Shown piece by piece: positions 13,528 through 25,385 of a stretch of 64,000 nucleotides of DNA. Position 1 is the first letter of the stretch, and every line of letters starts with the position of its first letter. Position numbers and translations under genes: made by a program. The DNA comes from Prorocentrum cordatum (Eukaryota), in contig CAUYUJ010000310.1 of NCBI GenBank assembly GCA_963575745.1, positions 1 through 64,000 of the forward strand, given 5' to 3'. The notes under the pieces are model-generated. The model was not told where the DNA came from and made no database searches. It saw nothing but the letters and a program-made list of their open reading frames with translations.

Positions 13528-13567
13528 ACTCAAGGAGGAGCTCAAGGCAGGCGGGGTCCCTGCCAGG

Positions 13568-16500
13568 GTGAGTTCTTCGTTCCCCTTCGTTCGGCTCTCC
13601 CCACACGCGGCTGCCGCCATGGCGCCTTCACGCGGCGGCGGCGGCGGTAGCCGTGCCGCGGTGTCATTCTGGGCGACACTGCTGGCTACCAGCTGCGGCT
13701 CGCTGGCAAGGCGTTCGCCTGGCGGCGGCTCTCGCGTGAAGCGGGCGCCCGCAGGTTCGGATTTGGGCGGCTGGTGCGGGATGGGAGCGTCCAGCCCAGC
13801 GTGCTTGCGGAGCCAGGTTGCACTGACCGCGTACGGTGGCGACGGCTGCGTTGGCATGGGCTCCGACGGTCGGGGTGAGGCGATTCTGGCGAGCCGCGGA
13901 GGCTTCCTTCAGGTGGGCGGCACGATCGCGCCGCAGCTGGTCCTCAAGTGCAGCCGCGAGGAGGCGGACGACAGGGACATCCTCAATGGCGCTCCCGGCG
14001 TCGGACAGCTGATGCAGCTGGGCCTGATCGTCGTGTGCGACAGCCCCGCGGAGCAGGAGACGAACGTGAGGGCGGCGCGGACATGTGGGGAATCCACGGT
14101 CCGCCTCGGGCGCTTCAGGTTTCATCCGTTCTGTGCCCCCGCTTGGCTCGCCTCCACTCCGCCCCCCTGCTCTGAGTGGCCGATTCTGCTGCTTCGGGTG
14201 CTGACGATTGGGCTGAAAGTCGTCCCCCATGTAGTTCGGTACCCTTTCGAGTGGGCGCTTCTGTTCGCGATCGTTGGTCTCCCCATCGCCGCGTTCAGGT
14301 GGTTTCCAATTTCCCCGGCCCCCCCGGAACGACGGGAGGTGGTCTTGAGCGTCCTCCGGGCCCGCCAGGCTGGCAAGGCCCGGGTGAGCATGACTTCGAG
14401 GCAGCGGCGTCTTGTCATGCCACTGTGGAATAATTCAGCGGGTTCGGCCAGCAACCAGGGTGTGGTGGTGGCTAACGGTGGCTCCTGCCCTCCTACCGAC
14501 CCGACTGGCGGCTACGGCGGCAAGGCGGATACCTTTGGCGGCCCCTCTCCCTCCCCTCCCCTCCCCCAGTCTGTGGTGAGCGGTGGGGTGTCTCAGGCGA
14601 ATGCGGCGATTCGCGCCGACGGCAAACCGCCGCTCGAGGGGGGTCTCCGTCGAGCGCCCGCGGCGGGCGACGGTGCCGTTTTCCCCCTGGAGGGCTCTGT
14701 GGGTTTTGGAGCCCCTTTCTCTTCGGATTTGTTCCGGGGCGGGGCGTGGCCTTCCAAGGCGGCTCGGAGTAAACGGGGCGACTCTGCTAAGGTGTGGGAC
14801 GCGATCGCTGCACTGACGGCGGAGGTGAGGAGTCTGGCGCGGGGTCGGAAGCGGAACGGGCGCAAGCCCCGGCGAACGGCTGCGAAGCCGGCGGATGGGC
14901 CGAAGAAGCCGGCGGAGGAAACGACCGAGCTTTGGGCGGCGCTCGCGCCTGTGTTGAAAGCTCTTGTGGAAGCCCCGACCCCCCCTACCGACTCGGAGGT
15001 GGCTGGGCTCGTGTCGAAACTGGTGGACGTGGTGGGTCGGCGACGGCTCGGCACGGCTCTGGCGGCCCCTCCCGCGGCAGCCGGAACTCAGCCGGCGGCT
15101 AAGGCTGACGTTGCTGCCTCGGCGGGGGCTCCCGTTCAGAGCAGAGGGCTTAATGGGGACACCCCCCCAGGGGCGCCGGGGGCCGGGCCGGGGGCGGCTG
15201 AGGCTCCTGTGAAGCGCTGGGCGGACTTGCTCGGTGCTGCGCCAGTCGACGGGCAGCGGGCGCCTCGGGGTCCCCCTCCAGAGCCGCCCAAGGTCTTGTG
15301 GGAAGCCGCCTGGGCCCAGGACGGGAAGCCAGCTAAGGTTGTCCCAGTGGCGCGTGCGGCCTCCGTGCCGGCCGACGTTCCTCTTGTCGTCGTCGTTGCG
15401 TCCGAGGAGGAGGCGGCCAGTGCTCGCAGGTGGGTCGCGGCGGGGTCCCGGCCTGGCGGGACTACGGTGGTCCGCGTGCATTCGGGCGGGGTGTCTCGGG
15501 TCCTCGTTCGGGGTCGGGTGGGCCCCCAGCTGGCCCAAGCCACCGTGCAGCACTACGGGGACACGGCGCCGACGTGCTCGGTTGCCAACGCGCCAGCGGA
15601 CCAGGACGACCAGGCTCTGGGTGCTGCCGAGGACGTCGCTCGTCTGAGGTTGACGTTGGTCCGCGAGTACGCGGATTCTGATCTCTGGGATTTCGTTGCC
15701 GCGTCGCCGTCGGCCCTCGTCGCTGCTTCGCTGCCGGATTCGGCTCGTATTGGGATCCTTCGCACGGGGGCCGTGCAGAAGTATGAAGGAGAGGCCGCTT
15801 GGGTCCCTAGCGCCCTTCAGATGCAGTTGCCCCGGGGGGTGTTCCTGACCCCGCACAGGGCGTCTTCCGCCGGACAAATCTTGAACTGGGTCCGACGCGA
15901 CGGGAAAAATCCTGGGGAGTACTTCGAGGCGGCCCTTAGTGCGGCCCAGGCGGTCAAAGGGCCTCTGGCGTACCGCCCCGGCGGGGGGTCGAATTTAGGG
16001 GTGTGCGGGGCTGCCCCCGCGGCGCAAGGGTCCCTCGTGGCTCCCCGGTGGTATGTGTCTAACGTCCCGCTCGCCTGGACTCTGGACGAGATTCGGATCT
16101 GGATCGAGGGGCGGGGCGGGACCGATGTGGTCGGGGTGCCCCGCAGAGGACGCGCGGACGCCGCCTTCCGCGGGTGGCCGCCCGCTGGTTCGGAATGGAA
16201 AGGGGGCGCGGTCTTCTCTTCGGGGTTAGTGATCGCCCCCGCGCACGTTTCGAAACAGAAGAAACGCGGAGGTGCTCAGGCTTCCGCCCCAGCCCGGTGG
16301 GGGGTGGTCGACCCCTCCCCCACTTCCCAGGAAGCGGGGGGGCCAGCTGCGAGGCAGCAGGCCCGCAGTCCGCCAGCGGCCAAACCAGACCCAGCTCGTC
16401 CTGGCGACGCGGGTGGGGTTCCGTGGGAGGCGACCCTCGAGCGAGTCGAATGCGGGGGAGAGGGGGATTGTTTGTGGCTCTCCCTTGGCCACGCGCTGGC

Positions 16501-17080
16501 GCACCTGGTTGGCAAGACCCCTAAGCCTGGCCAGCTGGTCCCAGCGTCCCAGTACGTTGCTCAGCTCCGCACGTGGGCTGCTGATGAGATTTTGAAGTAC
16601 GGCACTCTGCATGGGCTGTTCGCTCAGGATCTGCAGTTGCACGCGGATAGGATCACCACCCCGCGGGAGTGGGGTGATCTGACGGCACTCCGGGTGATGG
16701 CGTCCTGGAGTAATCGCACGATCGGGGTGTGGTACCAGAGCCAGCCCGCCCCGGGTCACTCCATCGGGTGGTCTTTGGCCTTAGTGCGTCCGCGCTCTCG
16801 CGGGAAACCTCAGGCTCAGGGTGGCCCAGGAATTTGGCTGGTGCTCCAGGACGAGCACTACCAGTGGCTCCGCCCTCGGAAGGGGGCGGTGATCCCGGAG
16901 AAGGTCTGGTCTGCGAGGGCGGTCGTCGTCGCCCCAGGGTGCGACGAGTCACGGCTTCGGCATCTGTTCTCATCCCCTTCCGGCCCGGCGGTCCCGGCGG
17001 CGGTCGGCGACGGTTCGGGCGGGCCCCGAGGTTGCGACGGTGCCCCCGCGGAGGGATATGGCTCCCCTCACCGGCGGTGA
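13568..17080 (+). CDS. LINE ORF1-like protein with OTU-like cysteine protease domain (16440-16875)
   Basis: ERVECGGEGDCLWLSLGHAL ... EWGDLTAL ... IWLVLQDEHYQWL matches the OTU Cys box, WG and His box pattern; true start uncertain. Confidence 0.65.
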   Translation: MSSSFPFVRLSPHAAAAMAPSRGGGGGSRAAVSFWATLLATSCGSLARRSPGGGSRVKRAPAGSDLGGWCGMGASSPACLRSQVALTAYGGDGCVGMGSDGRGEAILASRGGFLQVGGTIAPQLVLKCSREEADDRDILNGAPGVGQLMQLGLIVVCDSPAEQETNVRAARTCGESTVRLGRFRFHPFCAPAWLASTPPPCSEWPILLLRVLTIGLKVVPHVVRYPFEWALLFAIVGLPIAAFRWFPISPAPPERREVVLSVLRARQAGKARVSMTSRQRRLVMPLWNNSAGSASNQGVVVANGGSCPPTDPTGGYGGKADTFGGPSPSPPLPQSVVSGGVSQANAAIRADGKPPLEGGLRRAPAAGDGAVFPLEGSVGFGAPFSSDLFRGGAWPSKAARSKRGDSAKVWDAIAALTAEVRSLARGRKRNGRKPRRTAAKPADGPKKPAEETTELWAALAPVLKALVEAPTPPTDSEVAGLVSKLVDVVGRRRLGTALAAPPAAAGTQPAAKADVAASAGAPVQSRGLNGDTPPGAPGAGPGAAEAPVKRWADLLGAAPVDGQRAPRGPPPEPPKVLWEAAWAQDGKPAKVVPVARAASVPADVPLVVVVASEEEAASARRWVAAGSRPGGTTVVRVHSGGVSRVLVRGRVGPQLAQATVQHYGDTAPTCSVANAPADQDDQALGAAEDVARLRLTLVREYADSDLWDFVAASPSALVAASLPDSARIGILRTGAVQKYEGEAAWVPSALQMQLPRGVFLTPHRASSAGQILNWVRRDGKNPGEYFEAALSAAQAVKGPLAYRPGGGSNLGVCGAAPAAQGSLVAPRWYVSNVPLAWTLDEIRIWIEGRGGTDVVGVPRRGRADAAFRGWPPAGSEWKGGAVFSSGLVIAPAHVSKQKKRGGAQASAPARWGVVDPSPTSQEAGGPAARQQARSPPAAKPDPARPGDAGGVPWEATLERVECGGEGDCLWLSLGHALAHLVGKTPKPGQLVPASQYVAQLRTWAADEILKYGTLHGLFAQDLQLHADRITTPREWGDLTALRVMASWSNRTIGVWYQSQPAPGHSIGWSLALVRPRSRGKPQAQGGPGIWLVLQDEHYQWLRPRKGAVIPEKVWSARAVVVAPGCDESRLRHLFSSPSGPAVPAAVGDGSGGPRGCDGAPAEGYGSPHRR

Positions 17081-17849
17081 CTGCCTCCCCAGAGGGGCCC
17101 GCGGCGGCGGCCCCGTCTGCGGGGCGAGTGGAGGCCCCCACCGAGGGGCCGGCGGAGGCCTGTCATCGCGACCCAGAGGTCTTGGCTGACGCGTCGAAGC
17201 GATCGGCCGAGGGAGCGGCGGACGAGGGCCGAAAGGAGAAGAAGCCTGCGACGGCCCCCGCGGCGGCGACGGCTCCGACGGCGGCGGCCCGTCGGCGGCG
17301 GCGGCGGCGCCGGCCGGGCCGGCGGCGACGGCTCCGGCGGCGGCCGCGGCGGCGACGACGACGGCGGTGTTCCCAGGCGGCGGAACCCGCCCGAGCCAGG
17401 GCGGAACGTCGAAGCCAGCGGCGTCCCCGGCGCTCTCGGCGCAGGCGCGGTCGCTTTTCGGGGCCCCTTCGCTCTCCTCCAGCGGGGGACGGACTGGGTC
17501 GGCGGCGGCCTGGTCCAGGAGCGGGTCGGCGGCCGGTCCTTTTTCGGCTCCGGTCCCCCATCGGAACGGCCGGCCGGCGCGGTCGGCGGCGTCCCCGGTC
17601 TCGTCGACGGCGGCGCGCTCGCTCTTCGGTGTCCCCCTGTCTTCGCCGGGTGTCGTTTCGGTGGGGCCTTCTCCCCCCTCGCCTCCCTCTCCCGCCCCGT
17701 CCGGCCCTCCCTCTCCCCCCGCCTCCCCCTCCCGTTCCTTCTCTTCCGTCTCCTCCGCTTCTTCCCCCCCGGGCGCCCTCCCTGGCTCCCTGTGGAAACG
17801 TCGAAGGTGCTCCGTCGGCGGGATCTTGCACTGCCGAAGGCGGCGACGG

Positions 17850-18486
17850 GCCCATGTGCCCGGACGAGCGGGCCCGGCGGACCTTCCAGTGCTCCTCGTG
17901 CGGGTGGTGGCCGCAGGAGGGGACCCGTCTCCGGCGGCAGGCGGACCAGCATAGCAAACAGTGCCAAGGCGCGCCAGCTCTGGTGTCGGCCGAGGCCGGT
18001 CGGGCGGCGAGGGCCGGGCTCATCACGGCGTGGTGGGCTAAAGGGGGAGCGGCTGTCCGCAGTCGACGGGTTCAAGCTTTCCAGGCGTGGCGGGCCCAGC
18101 GCCGGCCAGTTGTCCGCGCTGCCTCGTGCGACCCTGAATTAGACACCCCCTTTCACAAGGAACGAAGTGGCCAGCGCCCGCACGTGCAGTACGTGTGCAC
18201 GCGGTGCGGCGCGCAACGGGCCTTGTCGTTGATGCGCGTGGTGCCGTGCAGTAGGCGGCCGGCCGGCACGTTCCCGAGCGGCCGCCGTGACGCCCAGTTT
18301 CGTCGAGGGGTCGGGCTCGCGCAGCTCCCGCCTCGGTCCGCTGCCGCGAAGGTTCGGGGCGCCCAACGGAAGAGGGATTGGCGGGCGGCCTTGACCCCAG
18401 AGGCTCGCAAGGCCCATAACCGCGCACGCTATGAAGCGCGGACGTCCAGACGTGCGGCCCCGACCTCAGGTGATGCCGCTTCTTGA
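17850..18486 (+). CDS. Cys/His zinc-finger-like C-terminal part of LINE ORF1 (shifted frame)
   Basis: FQCSSCGW..HSKQC and YVCTRCG..PC in ORF 16729-18486. Confidence 0.45.
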
Positions 18487-18687
18487 CTCCTGGCCCCGGG
18501 CACCACCCACCCTTCTCTCCCCCTTCCCTTCCCTCCCTCTCCTGCCCCCGCCCTCTCCCCTTCCCGTCCCGCCCCTCCCTCCTCCTCCTGCCCCTCCCCT
18601 CCCCCTCCCTCCCCGCCCCTCTTCTTGGGTGGTGCCCGGCCTCGTGGCGAGGCGAATGTCGCGTCCGCATTGGGCGCACGGACGTCT

Positions 18688-21600
18688 AAGGTGCGGATCC
18701 TGTCGGTGAACGTCACGGTCCTGACCCGCGAAAGGGCCGCCGCTGTCCTTGACAGGGCCGACGAGTGGGGGTGCCACGCTGTGGCCCTCCAGGAGACGCG
18801 CCACTCGGACTCGCGCTACGGGTTCCGGTGGTGCCCACCGTACTTCCAGGCTCGGGGGTGGCGGGTCCAGTGGTCGGCGGTCCCCCCGCCGGCTGGCAGT
18901 CAGGGTCCCAGGAATCCTCGCGGCACGATCCGGCGCGGAAATCCCAGCGGTCTCCCCCCTCGCCCGCGGCAGGGAGGCACGGCTATTTTATGGCGGCCGG
19001 CTATGGGAAAAAGGTACGCCCGTGTCGAGCCCTGACGATTGGCGTCGCTGCCACCGCCGCTTCGATGGCTGGGCGATGTCGTCTGTGTATGGGCCCGTCG
19101 GCCACGAAGATTCGGTCTGGTTTGCGAGGATCGTTAGATGCTTTGTCCAGCGTGGCCGGCCCCCTCCCTGGGATTGTGGTGGGTGATTTCAATTGGAAGG
19201 CGGGGTATACTGATCTCGCCGAGGCGCCGTGGGCGGTCGCGAACTCTCCCCCGACCACGACTGCCCTCACTTCCCCCTCTCGCCTCGTCGGCCTTAGCTG
19301 CTCGGCGGAGGTGGCGGACGCGGCCCCCCTGCCGGCCGTCCCTCACCATTTCGGGGTTGTGTGCGACGTCGACCTCCCTCCCCCCCCGCCGGTGCAGGCG
19401 CGCCGCCTCCGGCGGGCGGCCCGCTACGAGTGGGTCCGCGCGCCCTCGCGGGACGAGGCGGGGCTGTTGGCCGCGGCGGCCAACGATTGGGGGGGCCCCC
19501 AGCATAGCTCCGCCCCCCCCCGCTTTTCCGATTGGGCAACCGAGGCTTTGGCGCGGTGGCACCAGCGCGCTGAGGCAGCGTTGACGGCGGCCGCCGCCCT
19601 AGGCGTGGCTACCGTCGCCCGGGCGGCCGAGCGACCGAAGGGCGTTTCGACCGAGACGCGGCCCGTGGCCCCTAGTGGCCCCACGCGGGGCGAGGCTACG
19701 ATCCGCGAGCGGCGCCTGCTCCGGCTCCACAGGCTGGTCGTGGCGGCCGGGAGAGCGAACTCTGCGGGCACCGAGGCGCCCTTGCCGCCCCTGGTCGCTC
19801 GCAAGTGGGGCTTCGCCTGCCAGGATGGGTTGGTCCAAGGGTTCCCCCCGACCCTCGGCGAGGCGGCTCAGGCTCTGTCCCGGGCGCTTATGGCGGAAGC
19901 TAAGGTCACCCAGGACCGCGCCCGGTCTCAGTTTCGCAAGTGGGGCGCCCGCACGGCGGCCGCGGCCGCCCAGACGATGCGGGAGCCCGCTCCTGCCCCA
20001 GCCTTCTCGGCTGAGGATATGCGGCGGGAGTGGGAGCCGTGGTGGGTCCCCGACCCTGGAGGTCCCCCCCTTGACTGGGTCGCCGTTGCTCGCGAGTGGG
20101 GCGTCCCCGAGGTCCCTGCTGACCCCGCTTGGCGCCCTCCCTCTTTCGAGGCTTTCCAGAGGGCCCTCCGGGACTCCCAAGGCGCGGCCGGGCTCGACGG
20201 GTGGGAGGCGGCCGAGCTGCAGGGCCTCTCTGAGCATTGCCCCGGCCTTCTCCGCGAGCTTTGGACCATCCTCGCTGCCGCGGTGGAAGGGGACGCTGGC
20301 CCGTGGCCCGACGAACGGCTGCGGGCTTTCGGGGCGTTGCGGGTGGTCGGCATCCCGAAGCGCGGGTCTGACGACGCCCGGCCGATCGCGATCGGGCCTG
20401 TCTGGATGCGAGCGTGGGGCCGCTGCCTCCTCGACGCACTCCCCCCGCCCCCTGCCGAGGCGTTCGGGGAGCGTGGCGCCGTGGCCTCCGTGGCTGACTG
20501 GGCGGCCGCGCCCGGCAGCGCGGGAGCTGAGGTGGACCTGAGGCGGGCCTACGACTCGGTGGACCACGGCGTGGCCGGCGCCGCCCTCAGCTACCAAGGA
20601 ACGCCGCCGCCTGCGGTGGCAGCTCTCGAGGCGGTTTGGCGGGCTCCCAGGTACTGCTCGGTGGCCGGCGACCTCGCGGATGCCCTGCATCCTACGCGGG
20701 GCCTGCCGCCAGGTGACCCCCCCTCGGGCCGGACCCTCAGCGTCGTGCTTCGACCCTGGCACAACGCGGTCCGCTCGGTTCCTAGGACCCGCGGGTGGTC
20801 CTACGTGGACGACCGATCCCTTAAGGCCGCTGCGGCGGTCGACCGGGACCGGGCCCTTGCGATCGCGGCGGAAATTGATCGGCGGCTGGGTTTTTCTGAA
20901 AATATCGGAAAACGGCAAGTGTGGTCGGGCACCCAGAGCGCCGAGCACTTAGGGGTTCGGGCTGCTGTGGGCGACGGCGCGGTCTGGCCTCAGCTGCCAG
21001 AGCCGCGCGACGGGTGGGATCTGATCCGCGCCCAGGTGCGCCGGCTCCGCACGGTCCCCGGTGGGCAACGGATCCGGGAGCTGGCGGCCTTAATGTGCGT
21101 CGCCCCTAAGCACAGATGGTCGGCCCCTTTCTGCGCGATCCCGCCGTCTGATCTGATCGCGCTCACGCTCAGGTCTGTGGTCCGCACCCGATGCACGTGG
21201 TGGTGCGCTCGGCGATGGTACGCCGAACGGGTCTCGCTGCACCCGATTTTCGGCACTGCGTGCGCCGTTCTGAAGGCTGCTCGGGGGGTTCCCGCGTCGC
21301 GGCTGTTGTCGGTGGCGCTCTCGGAGCACTCCGGGGTCCTCGGGTTGCGCCCGGTCTCGGCCAGGCCGCTCCCTGAGGGCGCGTGGCTGCTCCCAGCTCC
21401 GGGGCTCGATTCTAGGGCTGCGGCGGCGGTCGCTGCCGCTGCTGCCGACGACAGCCGCGAAGCTCGAACCCAGACTCCCGAGGGCCGCCCCCGCCCCCCC
21501 CGGGGGGCTTCCGACGCCTCGTCCGATCGCGGGCAGCACGTGCTCCGGGAGTGCGCCCGGGCGGTGCTCCTTCGCCCACGGGGATCTCCTGGGCCCGCGC

Positions 21601-22220
21601 GCCACGACGAGGACGGTATCGGGGATATCGATTTGGCTGCTCAGAGCGCGCCGCCCTGGGCCCAGTTCCGGCGGTCGTTGGGGCGATTCGAGGCGACGTT
21701 GCTCTCGGTGTGGCGTGGCGGGGCGGTGAGCACGCCTACCCGCAGGCGTGGCTCTGCCTCTCAGGGCGGCGCGTGCGCCTGCCCCTTCGGATGCGGGCAC
21801 GCCCTGGCCTCGGCTCGGCACTTCTGGGTCGAGTGCCCGCGTTTTGCCGGACGTCGCCTCGAGCTTGGGAAGGAGCTGCGGGTCGCGCCTGCCTGGTGGG
21901 GGGCCCAGCCCAGGGTCACCTCGAAGTCGGGGTGGATCACTAAGGTTGCTGGCGGCTCGGTTCGGCGCCGGGCTGAGCTGCAGGTGATGGCGTGCCGCCT
22001 CGGCATTGCCATTCTTCAGGCGCTTGCTGGCCTCTGCGGGGCCGGCCGCGGCGGCGGGTGGGCTTTCGGGGGCGCTGTCCATTCGCCGAGAGCTTTCCGG
22101 GGCCTCCCCCCCCTCCCCTCCCTGCCCCCCTCGGCGGGCGGCGGCGCGGCGGGCGGCGGGACGAGCGACGCCGACGCTGACGACCTCCCCCCTCTTCCTC
22201 CTGGTGGTGGTGGTGGTTGA
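18688..22220 (+). pseudogene. pol: LINE ORF2: APE endonuclease + reverse transcriptase + C-terminal zinc finger, with two frameshifts in the APE region
   Basis: RILSVNV, ALQETR, GGTAIL, SVYGP, VGDFN and PHH (APE) across three frames; AAGLDG, IPK..RPIAI, DLRRAYDSV, GLPPGDP and YVDD (20802-20813); CPFGC..HFWVEC. Confidence 0.88.
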
Positions 22221-22422
22221 GGTGTCGGTTGCTGCCGAAGTGGCTCGCTCCGGTCGTCACATGACGTCATTCCCGCTTCGCGCCCGGGCCCCCCCGGCCC
22301 GGGGGCGTCATAATTCCGCTTAGCGCCCGGGCCCCTCGGCTCGGGGGCTTTTCGAGATGTTTCACAGCGCTTCGCGCTGGCCCCAGCAGCCAGGGCAAAG
22401 GCACCTTGCTGCTGTCATTTTT

Positions 22423-22626
22423 GAGGAGGAGGAGGAGGAGGAGGAGGAGGAGGAGGAGGAGGAGGGAGGAGGAGGAGGAGGAGGAGAGGAGGAAGAGGAG
22501 GAGGACGAGGACGAGGAGGAGGAGGAGGAGGAGGAGGGAAGGAGGAGGAGGAGGAGGAGGAGGAGGAGGAGGAGGAGGAGGAGGAGGAGGAGGAGGAGGA
22601 GGAGGAGGAGGAGGAGGAGGAGGAGG
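22423..22626. repeat. (GGA)n microsatellite
   Basis: Direct inspection. Confidence 0.95.
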
Positions 22627-24266
22627 CTCGACAGAACGTTCATACAGTTTGTGGAGGACTTCCTGGGCGACGCCCTCGACGAAGACCAGCGGGCGCAATG
22701 CTTCCTCCGGTTCGCCGAGGGGGGCCTTGGGCTCGCCTCGGCCGCGCAGGCGGCGGCCGCCGCCTACCTGGGAAGCTGGGTGCTCACCCTCCGCAGCGTG
22801 GGCGCCTGTCTGGACGAGCCCTCCTGGGCGCTGTTCAAGGAGCGCTGCCCCCCGGTGGCCGAGGCCATAGCGAGGGCGGAGACTCGGCTCCAGGCGCAGA
22901 GCGGGGGGTCTCTCGAGGCGATCGATTGGACCGGCTGCATGGGCGAACCACTCCAGGGGATGCAAGGGAAGTGGGCGGGCGACCTCCGCAGCAAGGCACG
23001 CGAGCGGCTGCTGGCCTCTCTGGGGACAGACGACAGGGTGGACTTCCGCTCGTCAGGCGGCCCCGGCGCAGGAGGGTACTTGGAGCCGCCCGTCGTCCGC
23101 GAGGGAGAGACGCCCGCTAGAATGCCAGACGAACGCTTCCGCATCGCCCTCAAGGACAAGCTGCGCCTGCCTGTGTGCCCGCAAGGCCGACGGAACGCTG
23201 TGCGGGGAGGCACTCGACCGACGCGGCCGCCACGCCCTGAAGTGCCCGTGCGGCCCCTACCGCAACAACAAACACAACGGCCTCTGGGACTTCTGCGCCA
23301 ACTACCACCAGCGGACCACGGGACACGCAGCGCAGACGGAACAACGAGTTGTTGCTTGGGTCAGGGTGAACCCGCGGACAGGGCGCCTCGAAGAAGCGCG
23401 GCTCGACGTCGCCACCCGCGACGCGGTGACCGGCCAGACAGTGTTCTTGGACACGAGCGTGACCTGCGCGCACAGCGGCACCGCGCCGCGCCAGCAGGCT
23501 CGCTCGAACAAGGACGGCCTCGCCGCCACCAGCGCGGAGGACGCCAAGCGGGAGCGCTACCCGCCCGAGGTGGGCCCAATCATCCCGGTCATCTTCGAAA
23601 CAAGAGGCCGCCCGGGAGACGCCACCGTTGCGTACGTCCGCTCCTGGGGTCACGACGTGGCCCCTGCGGAGCGGACAGAGGTCATCCGCTATGGGTGGCA
23701 ACAGCTCAGCACCCGGCTGCATCTCGGCAGCGCCGAAACTATCTTGGCGGCCGTCGGGCGCTGAGGCTCTACCAGGAGCGCCCCGACTCTCTTGAGCCGA
23801 CGCTAGCAGGAAGGCGCTAGCAGGGCCACTGCCCGCGGCAACACCCGCGCCGACAACGACGCAGGGACCACGACGCCGACGACGGCGACGGCTGCGCGGC
23901 TGCTGCCCCCCGCCCCCCGCGCTCCGCCGCCCCCGCCCCCCACCGCCGACGACCGCTACGATGGTGGCGATGGTGGCCGAAGCCTCCCGCCCCCCGGACC
24001 CCGCCGCGGTGGCCTCCGCCCTCCGCCCCCGCCGACGTGATTCGACGCCCCCTCTCCTCCTCCTCTCCTTCGGCCGGTCGCCCCTGCTTGTTTTCTCCTC
24101 CTCCCCCGGTTTCACCGGCAGCGCGGCGCGCAACCGGGAGGGGGGTCTAGCGCCGACCCAGGAGGGCTCCGCGCGGACCCCCGTTTGGCAGGTGGGCTGT
24201 TCAGGACTACCTCCCCCCCCTGCTGCTGCTGCTGGCCCGCCTCTGTCCCTTCTCTCCTTCGGCGTG
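22627..24266 (+). mobile_element. 5'-truncated CRE-like (restriction-like endonuclease) non-LTR retrotransposon; coding remnant 22627-23764
   Basis: GGLGL thumb motif, AYLGSW and GAGGYL; after a frameshift CGEALD..GRHALKC (CCHC), KHN, ARLDV..FLDTSV..AEDAKRERY..FETRGR (PD-(D/E)xK-type RLE). Confidence 0.8.
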
Positions 24267-24700
24267 GAGGAGGAGGAGGAGGAGAAGGAGGAGGAGGAGG
24301 AGGAGCAGGAGGAGGAGGAAAAGGAGGAGGAGGAGGAGGAGGAGGAGGAGGAGGAGGAGGAGGAGGAGGAGAAGGAAGAGGAGGGAGGAGGAGGAGGAGG
24401 AGGAGGAGGAGGGAGGAGGAGGAGGAGGAGGAGGAGGAGGAGGAGGAGGAGGAGGAGGAGGAGGAGCAGGAGGAGGAGGAGGAGGGAGAGGAGGAGAGGA
24501 GGAGGAGGAGGGGAGGAGGAGGAGGAGGAGGAGGAGGAGGAGGAGGAGGAGGAGGAAGGAGGAGGAGGAGGAGGAGGAGGAGGAGGAGGAGAAGGAAGAG
24601 GAGGAGGAGGAGGAGGAGGAGGAGGAGGAGGAGGAGGAGGAGGAGGAGGAGGAGGAGGAGGAGGAGGAGGAGAGAGGAGGAGGAGGAGGAGGAGGAGGAG
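24267..24700. repeat. (GGA)n microsatellite
   Basis: Direct inspection. Confidence 0.95.
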
Positions 24701-25385
24701 GGGGAGTCATCCCCCCCTCCTCCTCGTCCTCCACCTCCCTCTTCCGCTCCCGCTCCCTCCTCCTCCTGCCTCCTCTACCGGCCTTCTGTTTTGAAATGCG
24801 GAGGGAGGGAAGGAGGAAGGAGGAGGGAGGGGGGATGACGAGCAGGAGGGAAAAGGGTATGGGGAGGACATGGGGACGAACAGGACGGAGAAGAAGTGGG
24901 AACAATGAGGACGAGGGCGAAACGGGCAAGGAAAACGGGAAGGAATGAACGGAATTTGAAGGGCTTCGGATTCGCGGTGTAGACAGAGCTGATGATAGCA
25001 GCCTCGCTCGACGCTCTGCGCCACAATTCGAGCTCCACCCGTGATAAGGGCGACGGCCAGGCAGAAGGCGAGGAGAAACTCGAGCAGATTAGGCTGCACT
25101 GTTATGACCTCTTGGAAGCTGTTGGAGCATGGGGGGGGGGGTGGACGAGGAGCGGCGTCCTGAACCGCCACGCTTCGCTCCCGTATGCGCGCCCGAAAGG
25201 GAGACAGGCCGAACGGCCGCCGTAGCAGACAGTCGCCGCATGCGCGAGGCCGGGATTCATATTAGAAGTCCAAGTCCTGGGAGATCGGTTCCCATGGCGG
25301 TGGATCTGTGGATGAGAAGGCAACCTCCTGGTAGGTCTTTGTGAAAAGAAGGAACGTTTGTTAGGCTCGGTTAAAAGGGCCATAG

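Larger units (their letters stand above)
13528..22422 (+). mobile_element. ~8.9-kb non-LTR retrotransposon (APE-RT LINE), apparently full length but frameshifted
   Basis: ORF1-like region with OTU and Cys/His fingers, then APE endonuclease, RT and a C-terminal CCHC motif; bounded by (GGA)n on both sides. Confidence 0.85.

Noticed and set aside
13546..13620. HDV-like ribozyme at the LINE 5' end
   Set aside because: A hairpin (GGCAGG..CCTGCC) is present, but I could not build the nested double pseudoknot by eye
22357..24929. Poly-E/R/G/L/S ORFs
   Set aside because: These are translations of (GGA)n; only the CRE-like segment 22627-23764 is coding-derived
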